Source: Conidiobolus incongruus B7586
Taxonomy: Eukaryota
Length of the DNA: 54,670 nucleotides
NCBI GenBank assembly: GCA_000697335.1
Contig: JNEM01009956.1
Location: 1 to 54,670, forward strand
Direction: 5' to 3'
Every line of letters begins with the position of its first letter. The stretch's first letter is position 1. Under the pieces are notes generated by a model, which saw only the letters and a program-made list of their open reading frames with translations, did no database searches and was not told where the DNA came from. The position numbers and the translations under genes were made by a program. This document shows, piece by piece, positions 24,013 to 36,443 of this stretch.

Positions 24013-27000
24013 CTACATGTTTGGAGAATTAGTAAGGTAGGCAGTTTTCAATATGTCAACGGGATGATCTGCTAAATTATTGCCACTCGTTATATGAATT
24101 CGGTATTCTGATATCATGGTCATGCGATTCATGAATTTGTATAGTTCTAAGAATCGATCGACAGGCTATAAAGCAAAATATATATTAATAAGAAATATAA
24201 ATTGACTAGATAATAAATAATACCTTGTATCGGAAATTTGATAAAGTATTAATAGTCGGGTGGAAATAGTTGATCACCAAGCTGGCTTTAACGGATTGAT
24301 ATTTGTTTGGTAAAGTAGTGATAAAATTATAGAGGTTCGAAGATTCGTGATTCCAATATTCACTAAAGTTGAAGATTAGATAAGTTCAATAATACTGACC
24401 ATGAGATAATATATACCTATTGTTGAATTGTAAATTAGGTAGGCCCAAGCAATAGATCAAGTTATAGGATGATGTTTCAAATCCAATAACATCAGTGTTA
24501 AAAAGGTAGTTGGGATGCTCGCTGGATACTACTCTTATTTCCACGATAGAATCGGAGGTTAATTCAATAGTTCTAGTTAAATACAGAGAACTCGAGTTGA
24601 AAGTAAGTCCTAAGCGCTGCTTGTACCATACATGAAGATCCCATGCGGCCTGTGGAATACAAATCGCAACGCAGTGTCTGTGTTTGGTGGGCAATTGCTT
24701 GATGGTTGAGAGCAAATCAAACAAGTACTCTAAGGGAATTTGGGACCAAAAGGCCTTAGATTCAAAGCTGATTCTGTTTTGAACTTCGATAGAATATTGG
24801 CCAGTTTCGAAATTGGCATAGGCGGCAGGAATCAATGCACCAGAACTTAAGCGATACAATTTTGCACGATAGTTTTTCCAAATTCGGTATTTTTCGGTAA
24901 GAGCTAATGAGCGAGTAATGGGCAAATAAACACTAATTAGATGTGATAAGTACTCCTGGATTATTTTCTTCATTTTGAAAATCAATGATTTGCGATGGTT
25001 TAGTTGTAGAATGGATTTGACCATGATTTTGGTTTTAAAAGTGACTTGAGGTGTGCGGGATCGCTCAGCGTCAGGTGAGGAAGAAGGAGGGGTAGTGATG
25101 GCCCTTTGTCTTTTAGGAGTTACGACTGGAATAGACGAAATCAGCGAATCGATATTTCTTCTCCGTGAAGACCAATCGAAAGTGATGAAAGACTGGAAAC
25201 TGACAGGGCTTAGTGGTGGGGAAGATTCTTCCACAACTGGGGGAAGAGAAGAGGTGGGAGGTAAAGTGGTATTTAAGGGAGAGATACTAGTTGAAATAGC
25301 ATTGCGAACTGATTTAGCACCGAAACCACGAAAGGTATTTGTGGAATCACTTGCAGAAAGAGACGGTATTGAAGAGGTGGAGCTAGATCCCATGTTAAAC
25401 GAAAAGCCGCCAGATGAGGAAAAGGGCTTGATATCTACTTTGGGACTGGTAACAAGAGAGGGTATCGACTGAGAAGGATTGGTTCCAAATGCAAATGGGT
25501 TGGACAAATAGGTAGTAGCTTTGATATCTGCTGCGGCACCATAAGGTTGAAAAGAGGTCAAAGTACCAGTACTACTAGTAAAAGCTCCTCCAAAAGGATT
25601 GGATGGAACTGGAGTAGGGAGATTAGCAGCATTTGGAGTTGCAGGAAATGAAGATGAGGAAGGTAGAATGAGGGAAGACTTATTCTGGACAGAAAATGTA
25701 GGAGTGGGGGCTGAGGGAGTCGATGGTTTGGGTTGGCTAGTGGTCAAGTCATTGACCTCATCGGAATCAGATTCGGGATAGAGAGGCCACAAATCCAGAT
25801 TAGGAGGTATGTGATAATCAAGTGCACCATTGATCAGCTCAATGTCAGATAATTCTGGATTATGGGAGCGCAGGGTTTGGACTATTCTTGGGCAGCCAAT
25901 GATCACCGAATCTAATTCCTTTGAAGGTAACGTCTTGACTGATTCCACGAAAATTCTTTCGATATCATCTTTAGTGAAAGTAGTAAATCCGTATTTTTTT
26001 AAAAACTCAACAGCTTGGTCACGATCCTCAAAGTGCAAATTTTCAATGAATTTGCTCAAGATATATGATCGAACTCTGATTTTGATAGGCGATTTGCAGA
26101 GATGATGAAGAACGCGCAAAGCTTTGTATCGAACTCTATCAAACATCTTTTCACATACTAGTGCAACCATGTAAATAGGAAAATCCCATTGATCTTGGTT
26201 AAACATATCAAAAAACTCTTTGATGTTTGAAAGTGGATCAGTTTTAGTCGTCTCAAATTGAATTTGGACAGCATTGTAGTCTACAGCTCGCTCATAAAGT
26301 TCATATGCTTTGATGACAAAAGATATCAAATCACGCTTATTGGTGCTTGTGTGTGACTCAATTTTCTTAAAGGGGGTTTGAGACACACCAAGTTCTCCAA
26401 GCAAATTCAAACTGTAATAAGCAATAAACTCCAACTCTTCTCTACGGAAAATGCCCTGTTTACGCAGGGATGGATATTCTTCTCTTAAGCTCAGTAAAGT
26501 ATTTGCAAGTTGCTCTTTTTCTAGTTTCATATTTTCTTTAATGGATATACAATGTCGAATACCCAATATATGGAATCTCGCTATGGTTTCATAAATCTTT
26601 ACAGTTCTTAATGAATGCAATCGTTGAATGGTAATGTCCCTTCGAATTTGGCGCGTTCTGTCTCTGATAAAAATATGGGTGTCGGCAAAAGATTTGTCTT
26701 GCATCAAATCTTCAATCAGGTAGCTCAATGTTGTCTAAAGAGCTGTCAATAACCAATATGTATAATGATTTATAAGTGTTACTTCTAAAGCGTCAATCGT
26801 TCGTAGCTCGTTTGGCAGCGCAACGTCCTGTCCAGCAGCCGATCGACTAAATGCCTTGACCATTCTGTTTACATCCATCTTTTGCGATATTGGATCCTAT
26901 AAACTCTAATTAATTAGTGTTCACTGCTTATCTTGAAACGAATACCTTTTCATGATCATCAATTTTTCTTTCTGTTTCTCGCTCGATGATTTCGAATTGA

Positions 27001-27986
27001 GGACACATTGAGTGGCAAGTACCAACAATCGCAATGGCGTCATCTAAGCTGTATTTTTTACTGGGATCGGGGATTTTCTTCAGTTCGATATATTTTTGGC
27101 GTTGTCGTTTTTTGATTTGAATAGCCTGACCAATCAATCAATCAATGGCAATACATATATATTCTGTTGAGGTACCTCATCGTAGCTAATGCCTTCAGGA
27201 TATGTAAACAGGGGATCTTGTTCTTGATGAGCATTTCCTAATTATTGTAAGCAACCTAATCTCAATAAGATTGTCAAATTTACCATAATTCTTGATGAAA
27301 TGACTGCTCTTAATATATTTATGTGCTCTTGTGCCGAGAACATTTTTACTAGAAAGCTCTTCTTGACTCGGCATATCTTCAGAGCTGTGATCCATGTTGT
27401 TTTCCACATATTCATCATCTTGATAATCACTATCTTGATAGTTGTTACCTTGATGGCCTTCATCCTGGTCATATTGCTCATCAGCATATTGATTGTCATA
27501 GTCATCTTCATTTTGCCAGATACTGCCATAGTTTTCATCCTGCCGCTTGTCATTATAATTGTCTTGGCTATTTTCTTCGTATTGTTCATCGTCGTATCCG
27601 AGCTCATTTTTATCAAAATAGCCTTCATTATCAGCATCCTCAGGCTCTTGTTCAATTGGTTGAACTTTGTTTCGAATAGGAAAGTGAGGCGAAGCTGTTT
27701 GTTTTTGATTCAAGTTTCTTCTTTGGAAATTATTGGGATGAAAACTGGAAAGCTGCTTAGTAGCTTTGTTAAAATTAACATTTTTAACGTTGGTTGGGAT
27801 ATTCTGATCAATAACATTTTTAACACTATTAATTTTTTGGCTTCTTGAATGTTTAGTAAAAAGCTCGATGGTGGGCTCCTTCTCAGCGGAGTGATGTGGT
27901 GAATATTTAGTGCTTTTAGTAGTCAATAAAGTTTCTTCATTACGTGAACCTTTACCACGTCTGAATCTACGATTTTTACTAGACAT
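24013..27986 (-). CDS. SAC3: SAC3/GANP-family mRNA export (TREX-2) scaffold, multi-exon
   Basis: SLDDAIAIVGTCHSMCPQFE, MVKAFSRSAAGQDVALPNELR, FIRDRTRQIRRDITIQ and YETIARFHI, followed by a Ser/Pro-rich region with FG-like motifs (NPFGG, NPFAFG). Confidence 0.9.
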
Positions 27987-29023
27987 AGTAAAATATTATG
28001 ATGGAATAATAGATTTAAAGGATTAGTGAAAATCAATTTTTGTTAATAGGAGTTTTCTCAATAAATAGAATTAAATTGATTTTTGTAATGAATATATTTA
28101 GATATCAAAATTAAAATCAATGCAGAATGAATGATATCTATTTTATAAATTAGATATATTTAATTTTAATTATGGGACCTTTAACTCCAGTCACTAAATT
28201 TTGAATATTCAAATTTATTCTTCTAATTTGCAAATTAATATTGCAATATCAAACTCTTTGGAAAATTAATTTAATATATAAATATTATTACATAATGTTA
28301 ATTGATTGTTCCTGTATAATTTTTAAAATTTTATAGATCAAAATCCTAAGCTTATTATTTAATTTTAATTATATTCTTTATTTTATAAATGAATATGAAT
28401 TAACTACAAAAAATTATTTAATATTTGATAAAATTGTATTCTTCATAATAATCTGATTACTTGATGTTTAAGTGTTCGATGTCAATAACATTTACATATT
28501 GTTCAATGATTCAAAATTGTTTTAAGTCGATACATAGTTTAAACTTGAATTTGTCAGTTGGAAAATAACATATAATAACTTATATGAAAATTTTGATTTA
28601 TTAAAAGCCATTATTATAAATTATACCAATAAAGAATTAACGTAGTTCTGAATATTTTCAAATCGAAAAAAATGAGGATAAACCAATACTCTTATCTAAA
28701 GGTTTAAAAACGAAGTTCTCAATGAAATAATAAAAGACTGAAAAATTGCATTTATTTATTTCAGAGGAAATTATAAAATTATATATTAAATGAAAAGATT
28801 AATACTGCTGAAAATCAAAATGTTATTATAATAGATAAATTGTTATATATGAAACAGTATGTAAAATAAAAAATTTGGTACTGATATATTAGTTGCGAGG
28901 AATATTATAATAGATGATAGAAAATTTTATTAAACAATTGTGATATTACATATGATAGCATTCGAAATTTTATGAATATTATTTAATATATAGTTTCAAT
29001 GTTTATTAACCAAAATAAATCAA

Positions 29024-29093
29024 GTAATAGTGTTTATTAGTATAATTACTGCCTGCAATGCGGTAGACCGGGGATTGATTCAACTCTATTGCA
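29024..29093 (+). pseudogene. Degenerate tRNA gene, most likely derived from tRNA-Gly(GCC)
   Basis: Acceptor stem GTAATAG/CTATTGC+A survives, the anticodon arm is ACTGC-CTGCAAT-GCGGT, and the T arm is eroded (GGGGATTGATTC for GGGGTTCGATTC). The A-box is also damaged. Confidence 0.65.
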
Positions 29094-29450
29094 ACTTAAG
29101 CGATAATATTTATCTATTATTTTTTGTAAAAATGATACTTTTTATTTTTATGTGGTTATCAAATTAATCATTTTTGTTTTTGCATTTTGATAAATGCATC
29201 GGTTTATTTATCAATTCGATTTTTGTTCATTTAATATTTCAATGATATTTAAATAATATATTCGAGTTAAATTGAATATATGAAAATATTATTAGTCTTA
29301 TAATAGATAGCGTAAAGGAATGGAATATCAAAATGATAAAATACGATATGATATATAAAATTGTACAACTAAATATCAATATAAATATAATGCTTAAATC
29401 AATGACGATAAATATTGTAATATATAAATAAAGTTTGTTTATTTGGACTT

Positions 29451-31031
29451 TTATCCGTATTTAGATGCTGATTTAGTTATAGTGGTTTGCTGATTTTTAT
29501 ACTCTTCCCACTCGGCTTCAGTTTCGAAGTCCCATTTTGATAGATGCTTTTTCTTTTCTTCGCGGGAATAGGGATCGTTTAAGTCATCGTCTGAATGATT
29601 ACCGTCGTAATCCATACTATCATCGTAGCCTTGTCCTATAGATGTCGATATTCCTACTTTTTTCTTATCCTTGATATCGGGTATAATTGGATGATTTTCG
29701 TCATTTGGATGATTTCGAGCAAAGCTTTGTGTATTATTTTTAGATCTAAGCTCTTTTTCAATATTGTCTCTTTCTTTGAGAGTTGCTTCAATATCTAGCT
29801 GATAGTCACCACCGCCGTCGCCAAACATATCGTCCAAGGAATCATTATCGTCGTCATGAGAGATATTCGTAGGAGGATCGACTGGAATAACAGGTTTGAT
29901 GGTTTCGATTCCAGCATTTGCCATAATTTTCATCTTGGATCTTTGTTGGGCGTATGCGATACCATCGTCAAATAACTTATTCGATAGGCTAGATATTGAT
30001 GCTTTACTAGATTTTAATCCCTGATTTCCAAGTCGAATATATCCAAATAATTGAATTACTTTGTCTACAACGCTATTGTGGATCTGAGAATTGGAGATAT
30101 ATTGTGAAGATTTAGATAGAGAAGCTTTACTTCTGACATTAGAAGTTGGAATTAAAGAACCAAATCCAGCGTGTTTAATCTCGAAGTGGTAGCTCATTCT
30201 TCCGGGTATGAATAAATCATTCACTTTTGGGGTGTTATCCACAGGTTTTGAGAACACATTATTATATATCGATTCTGCAAATTTTGAATAAAAATCAGGT
30301 TTCTCATCAATAGGCTTCAAAACTTCTTTTTCCTTTTCCTTTTCAATGTTCATAGCTAACTCCATTAATTCATCGTCTGTAATTTCTCTAGTGTTTGAAT
30401 CTTTTTCTTGTATTTCTTTTCTCATTTTTTCTAATAAAACATAATCTAAACCTTTCACCAAATGCGTGTGCTCGAGATCCCCTCCCAAGTATTTACTCTG
30501 ATGATAAGCTAATTCTCTATCTAAACCACTTTTAAGGTTTTGAATAATTTGTTCAGAACGTTCATAATCGGGATTTGCATTTTCTCTTCTTTCGGCTGCC
30601 CTGTCGCGATAAGTGGAATTTTCTTCTCTAAATACTACATGTTAATAAATTATGATTTGATTATTTAAACATGTATTACTTTCTCTTTTTATTAACATGT
30701 TCTTGTCTATTATAATCGTCTCCTCTTGTAGGCTTTTTACTAAAAAAACTAAGAATTAATCATAACTAAAATTGAATAATTAAAATTACTTGGATTTGGG
30801 TATAGTTTGCTTATGAGATAAATAAGGGTTATAAATTTCTTCAGAAGTATCGTTAGAATTTTCAATAGTATCTTCACTTTGAACAGGATTTAAATTCATT
30901 CTGGTTCTTGGAGTTTGTAATATATTACTCCTGTCTTCATGAGTTGAACTAAATTGAATCTAGTTAAAACTTTTTGTATTAAATTACTTATATTTTTATT
31001 TTTACTTATTAATATCATTGAAGCCATCCAT
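29451..31031 (-). CDS. RED/IK spliceosomal B-complex protein, multi-exon (first-exon phase uncertain)
   Basis: YRDRAAERRENANPDYE, SKYLGGDLEHTHLVKGLDY, NDLFIPGRMSY and KWDFETEAEWEEYK match RED_N and RED_C motifs. Confidence 0.88.
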
Positions 31032-31961
31032 TATATTTTTTAAAATATATAGTTTATTATTAATAACTTTGAAAAATAAGCACTTTGCATAGATTAAATC
31101 TATTAAATTGATTAAATTGATAATTTTATATTCGAATTTTATTATGGGTCGCTCATCACTAGCAATTAATTAAATGTTATTTTATAATAAAATCATAATT
31201 TGTTCATATCAATAAAATAAAGATTACATAGTTCTGATTTGTTTGTTTGTTTGTCTATAATAAATAAATCTAGCTTAAAATGAGAACAGTAACAATATAT
31301 TAAAGAGGTTATAAAGAACTAGATAGTTTAAATATTTAGCTTAATAGCTAAAAATTTCAAAATTTATTTAACTTAATAAATAAAGCAATAGGTAGACAAA
31401 TAATAAGGAATAAGCCCATTAATTTTACAGTATAAATATTCTAAATTAATTATTTTTAGTTTATTTTATATTACACTTTTTTCAAAATTAGACAAAAAAT
31501 ATCCACTGAAATAAAAATAAGTCATTTAAATTTTTACAAATAATCTTAAGGTAAACTAGTTATTTTTGAACTAGTTTATCAAATAGGAAAATTATATTAA
31601 TATAAATGATATTACTATTAACAATCATAATATATGATAATATTAAATGGTACTAATATATTAATAATTTCCATTGCTTAATTTAGTTTAAATTCAATAA
31701 CAAACTTAAATCAATCGTAATTGACCATTCAATTTTGGTTGTAAACTCAGTTTCAAGATGAAAATTAAATTTAACCAAAATATATAAACTCAAAAGCTTC
31801 AGCCATTATCTATAATGATTCAAGTTATATTATAAAACTATTCTTCCTTCCCTTTGCGCTTCTTATTTTTACTTTTTCATTTACTATTGCTCATTGAATC
31901 AGTTCAGAGTAACAGTAGGAAGATCAAATTGTTCATAATATAATTCAATAATACCATCAAT

Positions 31962-33227
31962 ATGAGCAGCGTTGTGATACATATTAATGGACAAGATGAG
32001 AAGGCGAGGGATAATTATGATATTGAAAAGGAAGTGAATGAGGTGCTCAATGAGAAAGTGTCTATGGATACTCATGTGAGTATCGCAACGCTAGAATCTG
32101 CAATACATCCCAATCCCACATTCTTTACCAGGGTGCAGAAAGTATTAAACAGTACAAAGTTTCATTATTTTGTGATTGCATTGGTTTTATTGGATCTTAT
32201 AATTGTGTTAGTAGAATTAATCCTTTCGTTGAATATAGCCGAAGAAATTATACCTGAAACTCACAATATTGAAGAAGTGGAGCTGGCTCTATTCGTTATA
32301 GGAGCGAGTATTTTAGCATTTTTCGTTCTTGAAATCATACTCAAATTTATTTTCATTGGATGGCGGCACTTTTTAAATCCTTGGCAGTTCATTGATGTTA
32401 TAGTTGTAATCAGCTCTTTTGTTATGGAAATTTACTTTGAGATGCAGGCACATAAAGAAGAAGAGGCCGATAAAGAGCATGCTCTCCTAGATCTGGAATT
32501 ACACAGCCATGCTTCTGAAGCAGATAAGGGAAATCATAATCATGTTGATAGAGTCTCCGCAACTGCTCTAGTGATTGTTCGATTATGGAAATTTGTTAGG
32601 ATTATTCATGCTGTAGCGCATGCAGTTGAAATCAAAAATCATATAATTATCGAGCAAGTAGAAAAAGCCAAAGAAAAGGCAGAAGAAAGAATCAGGAAGC
32701 ATAAGAACAGAGCTAAGACGCTTGAACGACTCGTAAAGGAACAACAAAATATCATCAAAAAACTGCAAGATATTATCAATAGTAGTAAAGGTCCAGATGA
32801 CAGTGATCCCTCAGAGAAACAGAGATTGATCCAAGTTGATGTCGACACTCATTCTGGACAACCTGCAGTGGAAATCCATGTTCCAACTCCAACTTACGAG
32901 CAGTCTGTTCACTCTATCCGTGTGAATGAGGAAGTACCAAATTCGCCAGCTATTAGCATGACCCTTCCCCTCACCACTGCACTCCCACTTTCTCCACCAT
33001 ATTCACCAAGGGCACCCAGTAGGGATGCTACTAGCCTTACTAACCAAACTCATATAGCAACGCCTAGCCCAATTCAGTATTTATCTCCCAGACTCAACCG
33101 TCATTCGCATATATCCAATTTCGAAGATGAAAATACAGGGCTACAGTCCAATGACGAAACTCGACCAACAGTTTCGCCTTCTATATACTCATTCCATACA
33201 GCAAATACTCAACCCAAGACTCCATAA
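31962..33227 (+). CDS. Voltage-gated proton channel Hv1-like protein, single exon
   Basis: Four TM helices without a pore domain, an S1 Asp (LVLLDLII), S2 FFVLE, S3 FIDVIVV and S4 VRLWKFVRIIH, followed by a coiled coil. Confidence 0.88.
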   Translation: MSSVVIHINGQDEKARDNYDIEKEVNEVLNEKVSMDTHVSIATLESAIHPNPTFFTRVQKVLNSTKFHYFVIALVLLDLIIVLVELILSLNIAEEIIPETHNIEEVELALFVIGASILAFFVLEIILKFIFIGWRHFLNPWQFIDVIVVISSFVMEIYFEMQAHKEEEADKEHALLDLELHSHASEADKGNHNHVDRVSATALVIVRLWKFVRIIHAVAHAVEIKNHIIIEQVEKAKEKAEERIRKHKNRAKTLERLVKEQQNIIKKLQDIINSSKGPDDSDPSEKQRLIQVDVDTHSGQPAVEIHVPTPTYEQSVHSIRVNEEVPNSPAISMTLPLTTALPLSPPYSPRAPSRDATSLTNQTHIATPSPIQYLSPRLNRHSHISNFEDENTGLQSNDETRPTVSPSIYSFHTANTQPKTP

Positions 33228-33771
33228 GTTAAATTTATATAGTCAATTCGTTTTTAATTTATTCAATTTTCAATAATAATGAATTTATTTAAATTCAAAT
33301 AATATAATATAATATAATATATTCTATAATTAATATATATTTATATATTTTTATTAAATTTGATTATAATGTTATTATTTTAATTTGATATATTCAACTA
33401 TATCAATTATATCTATTGAAAAGATTAATTTTTGATTCAATTATTTCCTAATAAGTATAATCAATATAAATATGATGAATATTACTTAATAAATTGTAAT
33501 ATCATCAGATATGTTATTAAAAATTTTAAAAGAAAATATATACAATATGACTTATATTTCATTATTGATCAATTATTATTGAACTATAAATTATAATTAT
33601 GAAATTTTAATTTTAATTTGAAACGTTTTAAAAAATTTTATAAATATAATTAGGAAAAATATTATCTAATTATTCCGAATACGTTTGAAAAAGAACAATA
33701 CATTTGCTAGAAATAATATTGATTAAATTATTATATTAATCTATATATATATTTTTTTAATTGGTTATATT

Positions 33772-34278
33772 TGTCAAAGTTTGGACAATGTTGGTGAGGG
33801 TCAAAGTTGTCAACTTGCTGATCCTGGAGGCGAAAAGCACGTCCAAAGCAAGATGGACGAGCCAAGGTGCATACATGACAAGCTGGGTAGCAAGCATGGT
33901 GCGCAAGATTGGAGAATACATCATTGTACAGGGGACAACGATGATAAGTTGGCTTGAATTCATTTCGATCAAGTTCGGCAAATAAAAAAGATAAATTAAC
34001 TCGAAATTGGTTCTTAATATTAATTTTATTGATTTTTTAGGTTTGAACTGGAGCTGGGGAACCGAGTTTTGGCCTGGCGTCCAACTAACTTTTTCATCGC
34101 GACGGCCTATGTTCTTTTATCGATACCTATGGGCCAACAGGTGCATCCATCATCATGCGATTCATAGTGTAGGTGCCATGAAGGGGATAGTTCCCAATTC
34201 ATCCCGTCAGCCGGTTCTGGCGAGAATCGCTCGCCAGTCTGGACGGTCCAGCGGTTTGCCAAATCGACAACCTTGACA
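33772..34278 (-). mobile_element. Solo LTR (507 bp)
   Basis: Terminal inverted repeat TGTCAA...TTGACA with identical 5-bp flanks ATATT (33767-33771, 34279-34283). Minus-strand GATAAAAG near 34120 and AATAAA near 34027 are followed by a T-rich tract. Confidence 0.88.
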
Positions 34279-34629
34279 ATATTAGTCACAATATTCTAAG
34301 TTGATATATTTAATATGTTTCAAACTTAGGGAAAATTTCATTTTGAAATATTTTCAATTAAATATTCTCTTATTTTAATCTTAGAAATAACAATCAAATC
34401 CTTTTAATGTATTTAGCACATTTCAATAGTTATTAATTATAGTAAATAGCACTACCACCTCTCAAGAAAAAATGTCATATCATATTATTAGTTTCCAAAA
34501 TTTCGCTATTATATTTCCTTAATAGTTTTTATATTTTACAAAAATTTTAAATTAAAAAAACCAATAATCTAATATTTATTATATTGAAGATGAAATTCAA
34601 ATTAAACAATATATCAAAATCGTTTGTAT

Positions 34630-34950
34630 TGTGGTTCTACCGATCAGTAGTAAAATGCTGATAATAAGGAAGGGAGCGGCTTGCTTGCGGTTTGTTTGGT
34701 AGATGAGTTAAGGGGGTTTATTTAGGGCTTAATGAGCTTCATAGAAGACCGAAGGTGATGGTGAAAATATATCCCTACAGTGGTTTTTTATAAACCATTC
34801 GTCGGCTTTAAGTAGTGCAAATAGGTGTATTAGATCTTCAAAAAAATGAGAGCTTGAAATGGTGTGACGGGTATTCAGGGGTTATTTCTCCATAAGATAA
34901 TAGATTGCGAGACGAAGTTTGTCAGTCGTGATACTATCTAAGTAACCACA
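34630..34950 (-). mobile_element. Probable solo LTR (321 bp) lacking a target-site duplication
   Basis: GC-richer island bounded by a 7-bp inverted repeat TGTGGTT...AACCACA, with minus-strand TATAAAAA (~34790) and AATAAA (~34720). The flanks differ (TGTAT vs TTGAA). Confidence 0.55.
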
Positions 34951-35046
34951 TTGAAAAAGTTGCTTTTTTGACATTATTTTTTATTTCACATTTTTTTAAA
35001 TAAATACAAAAAATTTAATCTGAATTGTAATAATTGGCCCATTATA

Positions 35047-35071
35047 ATATATATATATATATATATATATT
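35047..35071. repeat. (TA)n microsatellite
   Basis: About 12 TA units read directly. Confidence 0.9.
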
Positions 35072-35788
35072 TACAAATTTCAATTTAATCCATTCAAATT
35101 CAAATTTATTGCCCAAAATAACTACATCTAACACGATTTTTGAACTTAGATAGTATAATATAAAATATTTAAATATGTAATAATACTGAATTTGAGTCAT
35201 CCAATTGTTGTAATCCAGCTAGTAAATATTATATATATAACTATCTTGAAATATAAAATATTAAAAATAATCAAAAATCAGTATCATTAAATATGATAAA
35301 TCAATTAATACATTAATTATACTTTGAATATTTATTAACTTTAATAATATAAATACAATTAACTGATTGATTGCAAGAAATTAATTTGCAAATATTGACC
35401 AAATAAATACGAAATAACATGGGTTTTATTCCTTTATTTGAATTACTGATGATCCCAAAGAAACTCAATTATTAAATTTTTTTAAATCAAATAAAACTAT
35501 AATTATATTAAAAATAAAATAATTGCTATAGAACAGATTATTAATTATTTTAAAATTCCTTTAAACAATAAAATAGTAGGTTTTTACTGATTTAATTGCT
35601 AATCAGTTGAAGTTGATACATTTTCATATGAATACAAGTTTGCATAGATTTCAGCAACATCTTATTTCCCATAAATTATCCATATGCATCACATCGTTAT
35701 ATTATTCTTGATTTAATTTTAGCAGTTATTTTATTTAATTAAATCTAACATTTGATACAGTATTAACAAATTGTAACAATTAAATATA

Positions 35789-36127
35789 ATGCCATTAGTA
35801 AATCCAGAATGCAAGCCACAACCTTACAAACCACCCTATAACACACTTGATGAATTTTATCCATTTTACTTAGGTGAGCACAGTTTAAAAATTTGTAGAA
35901 GATTACATGTACTTGGAACTGCACTATTTTTATTATTTTTGACCTATAGTATCGTTACTTTTCAACCTTATTACCTCCTATTCTGTCCATTGTCCGGTTA
36001 TGGATGCGCTTGGCTCGGACATTTAATTGAACAGAATAAGCCAGCAACTTTTAAACATCCAATTCTATCATTTTTAGGAGATTTGAGATTATTTTATGAA
36101 GTTATTACTTTCCAAAGACCTTTTTAA
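35789..36127 (+). CDS. DUF962/Mpo1-like small membrane protein
   Basis: FYPFYLGEHS..CRRLHVLGT, GYGCAWLGH..EQNKPATFKHP..SFLGD. Confidence 0.9.
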   Translation: MPLVNPECKPQPYKPPYNTLDEFYPFYLGEHSLKICRRLHVLGTALFLLFLTYSIVTFQPYYLLFCPLSGYGCAWLGHLIEQNKPATFKHPILSFLGDLRLFYEVITFQRPF

Positions 36128-36443
36128 TCAACGAACATATGATTGAGGATTTATTATTTTTTGTTTGAGCTTTTTATTATATTTTATATCATAATAAATT
36201 ATATTATTACTATTTGGTTAGTGTGAATTTATTATTGTTTAAAAATAGAATTAATTTTAATATTTTAACAATATCATAATTGAATCACTAGTATATTTTA
36301 TTTTTGCAATAAAAATGATATAACACAAAAATACAGGACTGTTAATTTCAATCTATCTGATTTTCCCACAATGAATCTAATAAATTATAGAATTATATAG
36401 CAATATCAATTGTTCGATTTATAATATAGAAATTGACCAAAAA

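Noticed and set aside
25053..27848. Plus-strand ORFs 25053-25472, 25599-25781, 25830-26105 and 27300-27848
   Set aside because: Antisense shadows of low-complexity SAC3 exons.
31553..31577. AAACTAGTT...AACTAGTTT palindrome as a Helitron end
   Set aside because: AT-rich, with no GC-rich hairpin followed by CTRR at the proper spacing. Likely chance.
34768..34800. U17/snR30-like motifs (ATATCCCTACAG ... AAACCAT)
   Set aside because: m1 is imperfect, the spacer pairs with m2 itself, and no ACA box follows at the expected distance. An LTR explanation fits better, though an Rfam scan would settle it.
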